Part shown: in pieces, positions 29,141-41,025 of the stretch
Position numbering within the stretch: the first letter of the stretch is position 1
Layout of the letters: each line of letters opens with the position of its first letter
The notes under the pieces: generated by a model
Told to the model about the DNA's origin: nothing
Database searches by the model: none
Seen by the model: only the letters and a program-made list of their open reading frames with translations
Translations under genes and position numbers: made by a program
From: the human T2T-CHM13v2.0 reference genome, Homo sapiens
Direction: 5' to 3' (one strand)
Length of the DNA stretch: 64,000 bases
Assembly: GCF_009914755.1 (NCBI RefSeq)
Contig: NC_060944.1

Positions 29141-30399
29141 AGGATCCCACCCACAGGCCTGGCCACCTGCCCACCCCCCTTGTCTCGTAATGCAGCAAAG
29201 CCTGGAGGATTCCATCCCCATCATTCTATTTCCTTAGTTTATATTACTTTCCTCTTATTTCTCCTTGATTTCCTAGCTAGGGCATTATATTATCTCTGAA
29301 TGTCATCACAAGACAGTGAAGGGGATGATACAAAATATCTGTTCTAAAGCAGGAGCACCAGCATGGCCAGGGCAGAGAGCCACCTGGACAATGAGTGACA
29401 ACTGGCAATCCCCACCTGGCTCGGCAGCTGGGCTCCCGCGGGGGCATCCTGTTTATTTGGGCATCCTGATGAGAGACCAGAGCCAGGAGCAGTGGGACCC
29501 AAGGGTCCTTTGAGCCCAGGTCCTTCACTGGGGCCAAACAAGAACCAAGGAGATGGAGCTGCCTTCCCGGAGCACACAGTCACATAGGGACAGGAGTGGG
29601 GCTCAGGTGGGGCTGCCCCTCATCCCGTCAAGCAGAGGCCTCAAGGACAACAGGGGACCCTGTGATCCCCAGGAACTCAAGGTCAGTCTTGAAGAGTAAG
29701 GACCATGTGGACGTAAAATGGGTTTTGGGAAGAACCAGCAAAGGGCCAGAGGCAGGCTGAGCCTCCCACACTGGATGGGGAGTGGGCTGGACAATTGAGT
29801 TGAATGGCCAGGTTGTCTCAGTGCCCCCAAGGACAGCCCTGAGCCCAGGTTTCCACAGGCCCCCAGCACAATGAACTCACCAGCAAAACATCTTCTGCAT
29901 TCAACCCAAAAGAAAAAAAATATATTCCTGTAAAACCTGTTCTGATTACGGCCAGCGTGATAAAGCTGATTGTCCCAGGAGATAAAAGCAAAATTGCACA
30001 GGGTCACCCCTTTTCCCTGAACAAGGCGCAGTGAACGCATCGCACCGTGACAGGGTCTTAAATACGAGATAAAGTGGAAGTGACAGCTGAGTTACAGGCA
30101 AACGAGAGCCAGATCATTGCGCATCTATAAATCAGGGAAACCCACCTCAGGCAGAGCCACGGAGTCATTCTGCTTTAATCCAGTCCAAACGTTGTGGTGT
30201 CTGCCCCGACCCTTGGGAGGCTCCACTCGTGGCATCCAGGCCCAGCCCCTGGTCCCACCTCAGAGCCACCTGTGACATGGATTCCACCCCCCGCCAACAT
30301 CCCCAGGCCTCCACACCCCAGCAGCACAGGTTTGCCTGCCGCACCTTGGTCGTCTCTTCAGGAACCAACATGCCTCACTCTGGATCCATGTGGCTGGAG

Positions 30400-31040
30400 T
30401 GGCCATGGGGCCCCAGACTGCCCGTCAGCTTCTGTCCTCTGACCATGGTGACCACGGTGGCACGTGACCCACAACAGTGCAGTCGGCGCAAACCCTGAGA
30501 CATGCGGAGGAGCAACGGGGAGGACAACAACCTCCATCCAACCTGGAGGTCCAGATGCCCTCAGTCATCAACAAGACTAATGTCAAGTATGCCTGGAATA
30601 TATCTGTCTAGGCCCCTTAGATGGATAGTGGACAGGAATGTGTCATTTCCCAAAAAACAGTCTCAACAATTTGAATGATTATAAAGACAGTGAATGGCAT
30701 TGCTATTTTCTGTGTTTTCCCACTCTCTCTCTCTGAGACTTGAGTGAAACGTATTTCAAATGAAAATTTGTGGGTATTTGTTAAGGGCCTACTGTATGCC
30801 TAGCTCCCTGTGTGGTGTAGGTCGGCACACAGAGTGACCTGCCTGAGATGGGCCAATGCAGGGGAGCACAGAGTCAAGAAGATCTGGTTCTGATGGCAAT
30901 CCTTGAACCCCTGGATGCAGCCTTATCTGAAGCCTCTAGGCTCTTCAAACATGAGAGCTAAATAATCCCCTGTCTTCATGCAAAGCTGATTTGAGCTGAC
31001 TCTCTAACCCTTTCAGGTAAGATAGTCCTGGCTGACACAT
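30400..31040 (+). mobile_element. Old MLT1 (K/L-like) LTR split by the left inverted-repeat arm
   Basis: 5' part cctctgaccatggtgac...ggcacgtgaccca before 30547; 3' part cctgcctgagatg...ccttgaacccctggatgcagcc...gtcctggctgacaca after 30837. Confidence 0.55.
30547..30837 (+). repeat. Left arm of a 291-bp inverted duplication
   Basis: Reverse complement of 32229-32519; manual alignment gives 11 mismatches and no gaps. Confidence 0.97.
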
Positions 31041-32228
31041 TCTCCTCATTTCTCCCATACCCCCTGTATCTTTCTCTCCAACCCAAATGCTACTTCTGTG
31101 GCCTGGGCCTCATCACCACACATCTAGACATCAGCAAACCCCCTCCTAGGCCCCAACCTCCAGTGTTGCTTCCCAGCCCATTCTCCAGGCCAGAGGCACA
31201 TACATAGAACAGGTCATAGTGTGCCCCTCCCAGACCAAAGCCATTCAAAGGCACCCAGTTAGGACAAAGGCCCAGCTGATAAGCAGGACAAATGTAGGGT
31301 TCTTATATTCATCAGGGGGTCTTTGGGAGACTCCAGCAGCAGGCTTCCTTTCTTCTTGGAGATTCCAAACTTCCTCTGATCCAGGAGGACTTGCAACTTC
31401 CTTGGGTATGTCTAGGTGACCCCAAGAGCTTGGAGCTCAGGACATCTCTTCTATCATGGACAGTGTCAAGGCATCACAAAAATTTTACAAACCCAAGAAT
31501 CTCAACTTGCTCACTCTCTCCTTTTTTCTCTCTCCCAATCACAGAGGGAAAAAAAAAAAAAAACGCAGGTCAGCGAGGCCGACTGCAGATCACAGCCCCT
31601 TAACTCTGTACCTGCTGAAGTCCCCCCAGATTCCCATCCCAGCACCCCCGCTAATCCTCTGCAATGATTAGACGGTCAGGAACTGGGAGCCGTCGCAGCT
31701 GCGATTCTCATTAACTGAGTTTAAAAGACCTGGCACGTACGGAGCTCCTCTGTAATCACAGTGCCAGCAAATCTCTGAAATAATAGATATTTCCAACTTA
31801 GCCTTCTGGATTTCATAGAGCCCCCAAGCTTTCATTTAAAATCCATTTTATATGAAGTTATCTGAAAATGAACAATAGGAGTCTCAAAGAGATGTCTCCC
31901 CAGACACCGGTGTGAAGGCTGCTGAAAGAGATCAATCCACAAATCCATTTGCCTTTTAGATAAAACACACAGGGTCCCAGTGGGCTTGTCTCCACGTCCA
32001 TGATAGGAAAAGAGCTATCCTTGCCATGAAGATGGAGACCACAGTTCTTAACCACTTATGCCATTTCATGTCCTGGGTGAAGTGTCCATCCTCAGAATGG
32101 ATAGAATAGCCTTCACTGGACAAAGCAGGGCCCACTATGTGCTGAGCACTCTCCAGGTGGCAGGGTCTGGAAGGAAGAGTGAGACTTTGACCCCAGACCA
32201 TCCACTCGGGGACAGCCTTGCCCGTTGT

Positions 32229-32519
32229 TCACTCTGTGTGCCGACCTACACCACACAGGGAGCTAGGCACACAGTAGGCCCTTAACAAATACCCACACAT
32301 TTTCATCTGAAATACCTTTCACTCAAATCTGAGAGAGAGAGAGTAGGAAAACACAGAAAATAGCAATGCCATTCACTGTCTTTATAATCATTCAAATTGT
32401 TGAGACTGTTTTTTGGGAAATGATACATTCCTGTCCACTATCCATCTAAGGGGCCTAGACAGATATAGTCCAGGCATACTTGAAATTAGTCTTGTTGATG
32501 ACTAAGGGCATCTGGACCT
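32229..32519 (-). repeat. Right arm of a 291-bp inverted duplication
   Basis: Reverse complement of 30547-30837 (~96% identity). Confidence 0.97.
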
Positions 32520-32700
32520 TGGTTTCCATCTTTATAGCTGTGTGACCATGAGCAAGTGGCTCAACTTCTCTGATTCTGTATCTGCCTCTGCAAAATAAGA
32601 ATGATCATAGTCTACATCATTGGGCTATTATGGGGATGAAATGCAATGATGCTTGGGAAATACTTATTGGAAGTGCTTAATAAATTTCAGCTATTACTTC
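32520..32700 (+). mobile_element. MIR SINE
   Basis: tagctgtgtgaccatgagcaagtggctcaacttctctg...ctgcaaaataagaatgat...aagtgcttaataaat. Confidence 0.7.
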
Positions 32701-34288
32701 TGCTACTGTCATCATCAGATTGACAGCTCAACCATGTACACAGTAGTACAAGTTTCCCTAGTGCCACCCAGTTGAGTAAACGAATGAACGGGTGTTGTAA
32801 TTTTATGGAAAAAACCTCCTTCCACCTGCTTCTACCCAATGATCCAGTTTTCCTTCCAAACCCTCTGTCTGACCCTCCATGGGCCACAGAGTCCTCCCCA
32901 TTGCCATCCCAGTTAAGTAAAATGGTCTGGAATCCTAGAGAATTACTGCACTTAAATTCCCAGTCAAGTTCAGTATTTGTGACTGAAACCTACATCTAAC
33001 CCTTCAGAAGCCAAAGCTCCATTCCCCAACTGTCCACATTTCCAGCCAGGCTCCTTCCCAGGCATGGAAACTTCAGGGCAGATGGAAACGGGCTGCCCAT
33101 TGCCAAAGCTCAGAATACCCTCTCCGCCTTCACCACTAATGGCGCCTGAAGAGGGCTCCCAGGCATTTCCCACCTTAAATGGCCAGGACCACTGAGTGGG
33201 ATTCACACTTGGAAATCTAAGTTGGTTCTTTTCCCCTGGCGTCAGCTGACTATCTCTTCACACAGGGGTTGGGCTTTTCTCACCTCCCAAGAGCTGGCTT
33301 GAGAGATGTCAGGAGGAGAGAGGGGGATGAAATCCACCCTCAGCTTGGTGCGCAGCCTCTCATTGGAGCAGCATTGGATAATTAGGCCAAATAGAGGGCA
33401 GACTTACGAGGGAGCTTCCTGGGTGCAGCAGGAGGGGTGCAGCTTTGTTCTTCTTCAGTAAGACCCAGAGAGTGATGCTAATTGTTACTTTAGGTGTGTG
33501 GAGTGGAGACTATTTGTGAAGCAGGAGGGGAGTTCGTGGGCTGTGACTAAAGAGGGCATAATGAGTGTGAAAAGAGAAGAACCTCTGGGTCCCTTAAGCT
33601 GAAGCTCAGTTAAGCCATCCAATACATTCCCTACAAATTGGCACTTTCAGCTCCAGCCTCCATGCTTTTGTTGTGCAGTTGAGGTAATGATCACCCGTGC
33701 TGTGAGAAAGGCATGCAGGCTGGCAGAAACCACTCATGGCACAAAGCATTCTTTGGTTTAAAAAAAAAATCATAAAATAAAAAAGAAAGCTGTTTAAGCT
33801 TAAAAACTAAAAAAGAAGCGGTTGGCTCCAGTTGTCGACATGTTTTATAAAGCAACAGCAAAATGAAAAAAATAAAAAATAAACTGTCCCAGAGAACTGA
33901 GAGAGGGCCAAAAATATTAATACACGGGAACATGGCGAACCTTCTACAAGCTGTAAATATTTTCCTAGTTTCCCACGTGTAGTCAGCAAGTACGGCAGTT
34001 CTTTTTCTCTCTCCACTCTTCCTGTTGGAAATCTATGTGGAATAACAATTTTGCCAGAAAAAAAAAATATATTAGGTTGAAGAAATTGTGTCTGCCAGGG
34101 ACTCATGAATTGGTTTCATATATCAGAGGGAGGGGGTTTCAACCCCCAGAGCGAGGAAAATGGAGGAGGATATACAAAACAAAGAAAAAGACCACCAGAG
34201 CTTAAAACTAAAAATAGAGTTTGATGTATGTGAATGTCTTAACTTGCCGAGCATGGGGCACGGACCAGTGAAGAAACTCACTGAGGGT

Positions 34289-34425
34289 GGGGTGGCACCG
34301 AAGGTTCAAGATGCCCAGATCAATTTGAATCGAGTGATTTCTCAGTAGAAGTACAGTACACCCCCATGCAAACTTGAGTTTAACTGGGCATCCTGTATTT
34401 TTATTTGCTGAATCGGGCCATACCG
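34289..34425. mobile_element. MER53-like palindromic hAT MITE
   Basis: Internal inverted repeat gatgcccag(a)tcaatttga / tttaactgggcatcctgtatttttatttgct. Confidence 0.65.
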
Positions 34426-34978
34426 CTGAGTGGGAGAGGCATTTCAGTGGTTGGAAGAGGGGCTCCTGGTGGTTCTGCTAACGAAGGATTGATAACGCAC
34501 ATCCTGATTGGACAGAGCGAGCTTGTGGGTCCGTTCATAGTTGGTTGAAACAAGGAAGGAGTCTCAGGGGAGACCCAGGAGGTGGGCGTCTCAGGGTGTC
34601 TAAGTCTGCGTGTCAGCTGTAGTGACATATGGCAGGTTCTATGTGACCCCAACAGTGCTGCCAAAAGGGGAAACTTTGCCTTTTACAGACACCACCTCAG
34701 AAAAAGCTGGACCTGCACTGCTTCCTCAACCCTCACGTACTGCTGAGATTCACAGCCATGCTTCAGCCTTGAAAGTCATCTCGGAAGATAAAGCCATCTT
34801 CCCTGGTTACGAGAGAGAGGAAGACTCAGAAATGTCTGCTCCCCATCTTCCTCAGGAGTTCTGCCCCTAGGAAGGAAGGAAGAAGAGCTGCCCTCCAAGG
34901 CCAGGGTTCCTCACTGAGCCAGTTCTCCCTTCTGCAAAATGGTCACAAAGCCCTCTGCAAGGGGTTGCTGTGACCATC

Positions 34979-35395
34979 TGTATGAGATCATTCTCACATT
35001 GCTACAAAGAAATCCCTGAGACTGGGTAATTTATAAAGAAAAGAGGTTTCATTGGCTCAGTTTTGCAGGCTGTACAAGAAGTATAATGCTGGCATCTGCT
35101 TGGCTTCTGGGGAGGCCTCAGGAAGCTGCAATCACAGCAGAAGGCAAAGGGGAAGTAAGTACATCACAGACCAGATCAGGAGCAAGGGCCGGGGGAGGGG
35201 CCACACACTTTTAAACAACCAGATCTCGCGGGAACTCACTCGTGATCGCAATGACAATACCCAGGGGAAGGTGCCAAACCATTCATGAGAAATTCACCCC
35301 CATGATCCAATTACCTCCTATCAGGCCCCACCTCCAACACTGGGGATTAGAATTCAACATAAGACTTGCAGGGAATACAGATCCAGACCATCTCA
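34979..35395 (-). mobile_element. MSTA-like MaLR solo LTR
   Basis: cctgagactgggtaatttataaagaaaagaggttt...ccatgatccaattacctcc; TG...CA ends and 5-bp TSD CCATC at 34974-34978 and 35396-35400. Confidence 0.92.
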
Positions 35396-36269
35396 CCATC
35401 AAATCAGAGCATGCAGGGAAGTGCCCCACGGGGGCTGGGGAATGCTGGTGCCCTGAGGGTGACCAGGACAGCCTCAGACTCAGGGCAGAGCCCAGAGGAG
35501 CAGTCCCTGGTGAGTGCAGCTCTGGGTCCTCTCTCACCTCTTGAGAAAGGGGAACCCAGCCTTCCCTGGGGACAGCCTCCAGCCACCGGCCATCCACAGC
35601 CTCTCCTTCAACACTGTCATCCTCAAGAAGCAAACCCCACTTCCACCCAAAGCCACATTTCCATCTCCCCACGCCTTCCCCCAAATCGTAGTGTCTTAGA
35701 TTGAGGGAACTGCCTGCACGCTGACAACAAATGTGATAAACCAGGAGTGAAGCCCTCCATTGTTTGGGAGCCCCGCTGTCAGGCTCCCGCAGAGCTCTCT
35801 GCCTTTGCTCCTCTCAGCCTCTGCAGATCCCTAAAATTGGGAGGTGTAGTCATGATCCCCTTTTCCAGATGAGGAAATGGGGGCTCAGAGTTGTTAAGCA
35901 ATATGCACAAGGTCACTGAGATGGCACACAGCAAACCCGAGACCTGAGCTACGTCGGATCCCAAAACCCAGACATTTATCCGGTACTCTACCCATTTCTA
36001 GTCCTGGACCCAGGCTACCCCGTGCAGATATTGCCAAGGAGAATGGAGAAGACTAGCAAACTCTTATTCATCCTTGAAAACCCAACTCACTCATCACCTC
36101 CTCTGTCCTCTTCTGTCTCATCTGGGGCTGGCTCTGAATCACATATACCCTATGTCATTTCGTATATAAGGCTGCGTTATCATTTAGTTGCATTCACATC
36201 TGCTTACCTGCTAGATTGAACTCCTGGGGGACGCATAGTGCCTGCTTCTCCATTTCTGCACCCATTTCA

Positions 36270-36700
36270 TTTCCATGGAACCCTCCAGCTGCACCGGCCC
36301 CCTTTGCATTCTTCAAACACCCCATGCTGCTCCTGCCTCGGGAACTATACTCCACACCACCCGCTCTGTGGGAAATTCTTCTGATCTTCCACACCAGATC
36401 TGCACCCACATGTCTCCTCCTCAGAGAGACCTGCCCTGACCGCCTGTTTAACACAGCCCCACAGCCCCTGGCCTGTCCCTGCCCCCACTGGCCTCATGCC
36501 CTGGTGTGACTCTCTTCCTAGCACGTCATGCCTCTCTCCCTGGCACCAGGTCACACGTGCATTTGTTTCCTGGCTTCATTATCTGTCTTCCCACTCGATG
36601 TGCCAGCTCCAGGGAAGCAGAGACCTTGCAGGTCTGACTCCCTCCTGGCACCAGACACATCAAAAGCTCTCAACACACGTCCATAGGATGAAGGAACCCT
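36270..36700 (+). mobile_element. L2 fragment
   Basis: tcctcagagagacctgccctgacc...tcccactcgatgtgccagctccagggaagcagagacc. Confidence 0.6.
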
Positions 36701-37599
36701 CGATGTCTGGCACTGTTAATGAATTTAGTCTTAATTAATCATCTTAACAGAAATGTCTCAAAACCTCCCAAGGAGGAAAGCAGAATTTGTTCTTACTACA
36801 TAATGGATCTTTCTTCCTAGCCATCCACTTATTTCCTCCCAGAATATCTTCCCCTCTGTTGTAAGAATGGAGACCTTGGAGAACAGTCCAGGAAGAAAAT
36901 CCCAGCTTCCTGCCTAGAGATCTGTCCACCCTCTTGCTAGCCCACTAGCTTGCAGTTGGCTCAGCCGTGGACCTGGGATGTTATATATTCATTAATTAAT
37001 CAATTCAGCTCCGATGCCAGCCTCTGCTTGCCCACTCACTAATCCAGCTGAGGGACAGTTGGGACCACCCTAATACTGGGCGTGGGCCAGGCATTTCCAA
37101 CAGCCAAGAAAAGCACCATGTGCTATGAAGGGAAAACACACTAGCTGAGCTCCCCTCTAAACACCACACATAAGTACAAATCTGTTGATAAGGGAAGAGG
37201 CCATGGAGATGGACTAGGGAGAGTCTCAGATACCTAACTGGTGGATACACACACTGGCATCCTCCCAGACCAGTGCCCTGGTAATTATCTAGGAGGTGAC
37301 CTGTAGCTCAACTGAGTCATGCTTCCTCCTCTCTCAGTCCCCCGAGGCAGGCTCTGGACACCTGCTCATCTCATGGCTGCTCAGCCAGAAAAATGTCCTC
37401 CTACATCGTGTAGATGATCCCCTTGCTGTTGTCTCAGAGCCATTTTCCAGCTCTGGGTCCACAACAATGGGGGTATGGTAGAAACCTAGGGGGTCAATGA
37501 ATCAGTCAAAAAACACTGGCTGAGCACCCCAGCGATAGAGTGATTACTGCCTATAGGCAGGGAAAAAGAGTGTGGGGTGGTGGGGTCTGGAGGTAACAT

Positions 37600-38090
37600 T
37601 ATCCGTGAATTTCATTTAGGGATTGTTACAAAGAGTGGACGCCAACCAAAACGCATATTTTCTCCAAAGACATGTGCAGTAATATTTTAGCAGCACTTTT
37701 GTGGTGGCCAAAAACTCAATGCAACGCCCATCAGCAAATACTGTTCAGGAGCAGAAATGGACGCTAGGGCCACTCACAGCAACGGGGATGCTCTCTCAAT
37801 CATGACACTGGGCAAAGGCAGCCAGGCACAAAGGAGAACATCTGGATGGTTCCACTCACACAAAGTTCAAATCACAGCAAAGCTAATCTTTGCAGAGGGA
37901 AGTCAATGAGAGCCAGGGAGGACGGTGACCCTGGGGGCCACTGGGGGAGGCTGGCAATGCTTTGTTTTCTAATCTCCAGGTGACGGTTACAGGCGAGTCC
38001 TCTCTTTGACATACTCAATTAAGCTCTGTACACTTGAGCGTCTGTCCACTCGTAGGTGTGCATACTTCCACTGCGGATTTAAACTTTCAA
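37600..38090 (+). mobile_element. Old L1ME-type 3' end just upstream of the promoter
   Basis: gcagcacttttgtggtggccaaaaact...aaaggcagccaggcacaaaggag...aaagttcaaa...gcaaagctaatct...gtgacggttacaggcg. Confidence 0.6.
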
Positions 38091-38279
38091 AGAAGTCTAG
38101 GGTGTTAGGTCTGGAGGTTTCCCCAAGGTTTTCCACAGATGAGCAAATGGGCCTAGAGGTGGACAAAGGGCCCAGACGTGAGCAAAGGATGGCAGCAAGC
38201 CCGGACCCAAGCGACGCGGCGAAAGCACAGCGACCCCACCCTCGCCAGGTGCAGAGCCATTTCCGCCTCCGAGTCCTGC

Positions 38280-38308
38280 GTTGCCTGGCAACCGGTCTCC
38301 CAGGAGAC
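38280..38308. promoter_or_regulatory. Tandem RFX X-box motifs
   Basis: GTTGCC-T-GGCAAC (38280-38292, palindromic, fits GTNRCC-N0-3-RGYAAC) followed by GTCTCC-CA-GGAGAC (38295-38308), 57-85 bp upstream of the ATG. Confidence 0.8.
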
Positions 38309-38364
38309 GCGAGACGCTGAGCCCAGGGCCAGAGCTTGCGGGGCGCACAGAGCCCCCAGGCCTC

Positions 38365-38432
38365 ATGGCGCAGAAACCTCTCAGCACCGCGGCGGCTGAA
38401 CGCATGAACCTTGTGGGTCAGGATGAGATCTG
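38365..38432 (+). CDS. CIMIP1: CIMIP1/C20orf85 coding exon 1 (MAQKPLSTAAAERMNLVGQDEI-W)
   Basis: ATG at 38365 (ctcATGG); donor TG|GTAACG at 38433, phase 2. Confidence 0.93.
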
Positions 38433-38803
38433 GTAACGCCTGGGATCGGGTAACGCGGTGGGCTCCTGTTCTCACCTGAAGTGTCCACATCTGGGGTCTC
38501 AGTTTCCCCACCAAGTCCGGGAAGTGATCGACCACTAAACTCGAGGGGCAGAGGGGCGTGCGCTGAGGATGGTCAGGGGCCTTGAGGAAAGGGGTCAATG
38601 TTAGGGACATGAGAGCGACAGGAGGGCCTTTCTCCGTCTCCTTCTCCCTCTCCTGTTGGGCCCACCACGAAGACGTGGGAGATTGGCTTTCAACAATCAG
38701 CAGAGATTGGCTTGTTGAAATCCAACTAACATGTTCATGTTTTTTTTTTTTCTTCAAATCTCAGCATCCAACCAGAACGTGTTCATGTTTTTAAGACTGA
38801 TGA

Positions 38804-39112
38804 TTTTTGTTTGTTTGTTTGTTTGTTTTTTGAGATGGAGTCCTGCTCTATCCTCCAGGCTGGAGTGCAGTGGCGCGATCTCGGCTCACTGCAACCTCTG
38901 CCTCCTGGGTTCAAGCAATTCTCTGCCTCAGCTTCCCGAGTAGCTGGGATTACAGGCGCCCACCACCACACCCGGCTAATGTTTTTGTATTTTTAGTAGA
39001 GACGGGCTTTCACCATCTTGGCCAGGCAGGTCTTGAATTCCTGACGTCGTGATCCACCCGCCTCGGCCTCCCAAAGTGTTAGGATTGCATGCGTGAGTCA
39101 CCGCGCCTGGCC
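38804..39112 (-). mobile_element. AluS (Sg/Sc-like) with (TTTG)n tail, intron 1
   Basis: Antisense dimer; cctgacgtcgtgatcc variant. Confidence 0.95.
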
Positions 39113-39734
39113 AAATTTTTTTTTAAAAAAAGAAAGCAAAAATCCTAATATTTGTTAAATTTGAATGAAGTACATGAAAATCCCTTGATTCTCCTGGGTT
39201 TTTAAGTAATATATTTTAACTTTAAAGATAGATCCATTTTCTAAAAGATGTATGTCTAGCAGACATTTGTCGTGGATATTTTAATTGGCATGCTATCTGC
39301 TACGTATTATTGCATCTCTTTGAAAGTTTAACTCATATGGGAATTTACAGATTTAGATATAAGTAAGTTGTAGTAACAATAAAACATACTTGTTTACCTT
39401 CTAAACTTCAGTTATCCTATTTACCCTCTCTATAATTTTTACCATTTCCTTGTAAAACCTCTATTAGTCACTTCATATGTGTCTTTAAATTGTTTTCACT
39501 TGATGATTTTATGGAAAACTTCATATCACTCTCATAAATAGAAAACCTTTATCATTTGGCATAAAATACACAACTATTTTTTACTAAATCTTTATCCAAG
39601 TGTCCCAATAGGAGATGCTGCCACAGCAGGATCTGTTCCCTCTGTCTGAAATGCCCCTTCCTCTCTTCTTCACCATACAAACTTCTGCTCATCCTTCAAG
39701 ACCCAAATCTAAGTGACCCCTCCTCTTTGAATAG

Positions 39735-40260
<526 letters not shown>

Positions 40261-40489
40261 CTTAGATGCTCACTGCCCAGGGCAAAGAGTTGACCAGGGT
40301 CTCCGAAACTGTGGGGTAGGGATATGCTGATATTGATTCCAAGATAGAAGAAACTAGAAAACTCAAAACGATTGAATGTTTAATTTGATGTTTGCAAAAT
40401 GTGGCACGTGGGCTCGTCTACTGCAATGCCACTCAGCTCATGGGTAGTTAGATATAAACAATATTAGCATGGAGCAAAAGCAAGGTCGG

Positions 40490-40620
40490 ATTAGGGTGGG
40501 GCAAGTGAGGCACTTGCGCTGCAATATTTAGGAAATGCTCCACGTCAAGGTCATGCAGACGCTGTCTCTGCACTTGCAGGAAGCAGGGAGTGAGTGCCTC
40601 CTCCACTTTTGCACCTCCTC
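40490..40620. mobile_element. hAT-Tip100-type MITE (MER96/MER91-like)
   Basis: tagggtggggcaagtgaggcac...gcacttgca...gagtgagtgcctcct...ttttgcacc. Confidence 0.5.
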
Positions 40621-40943
40621 AAATTTTGAGTCATAAGGGCCTCCAAAATAAGAGATCTGGTACCTAGAAGGCTCCTCAGGCAGAATCGGCCCCCAGACTG
40701 GCCCTTACCCGGCATTCCCTCTCAGCCGTAACAGCCAACCAGCATCTCTCTTTCGTTAGCCACGTGTCTCCCTTGCTGGTGGGAGGTGCTCAGCATCAGA
40801 GGTTCTCACGCTGTCTGGCTCCTCACTCCGTCCCTGGTGCAGAACCACTGCCCAGTCAATGTTCGTGGAGAATGGAAATGTCCCCCACAGACCCCTTGAA
40901 CCTTTTTCCGTGTTGCCCAGCACTCAGGAACTTTCTTTTTCAG

Positions 40944-41025
40944 GAAATACCGTCTGAAGGCTGAATCGGAAGCACGGCAGAACTGGCCCCAGAACTGGGG
41001 GTTTTTAACAACCCCTTTTGAGGAG
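40944..41025 (+). CDS. CIMIP1: CIMIP1/C20orf85 coding exon 2 (W-KYRLKAESEARQNWPQNWGFLTTPFEE)
   Basis: Acceptor ctttctttttcag|G; donor GAG|GTAAAT; 82 nt, completes the phase-2 Trp codon. Confidence 0.95.

Larger units (their letters stand above)
38200..38570 (+). promoter_or_regulatory. CIMIP1: CpG-rich promoter / exon 1 region of CIMIP1
   Basis: Locally dense CpGs surrounding the ATG at 38365, against a CpG-depleted background. Confidence 0.75.

Noticed and set aside
34289-34425. Hairpin resembling a pre-miRNA
   Set aside because: Explained by the palindromic MER53-like MITE
38727-38745. p53/p73-like CATG pair in intron 1
   Set aside because: The CATG cores are too close for a canonical two-decamer response element
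37987-38757. 256-aa minus-strand ORF across the CIMIP1 promoter and exon 1
   Set aside because: Starts at TTG in a T-run, crosses GC-rich stop-poor DNA and ends in an L1 remnant; no recognisable protein
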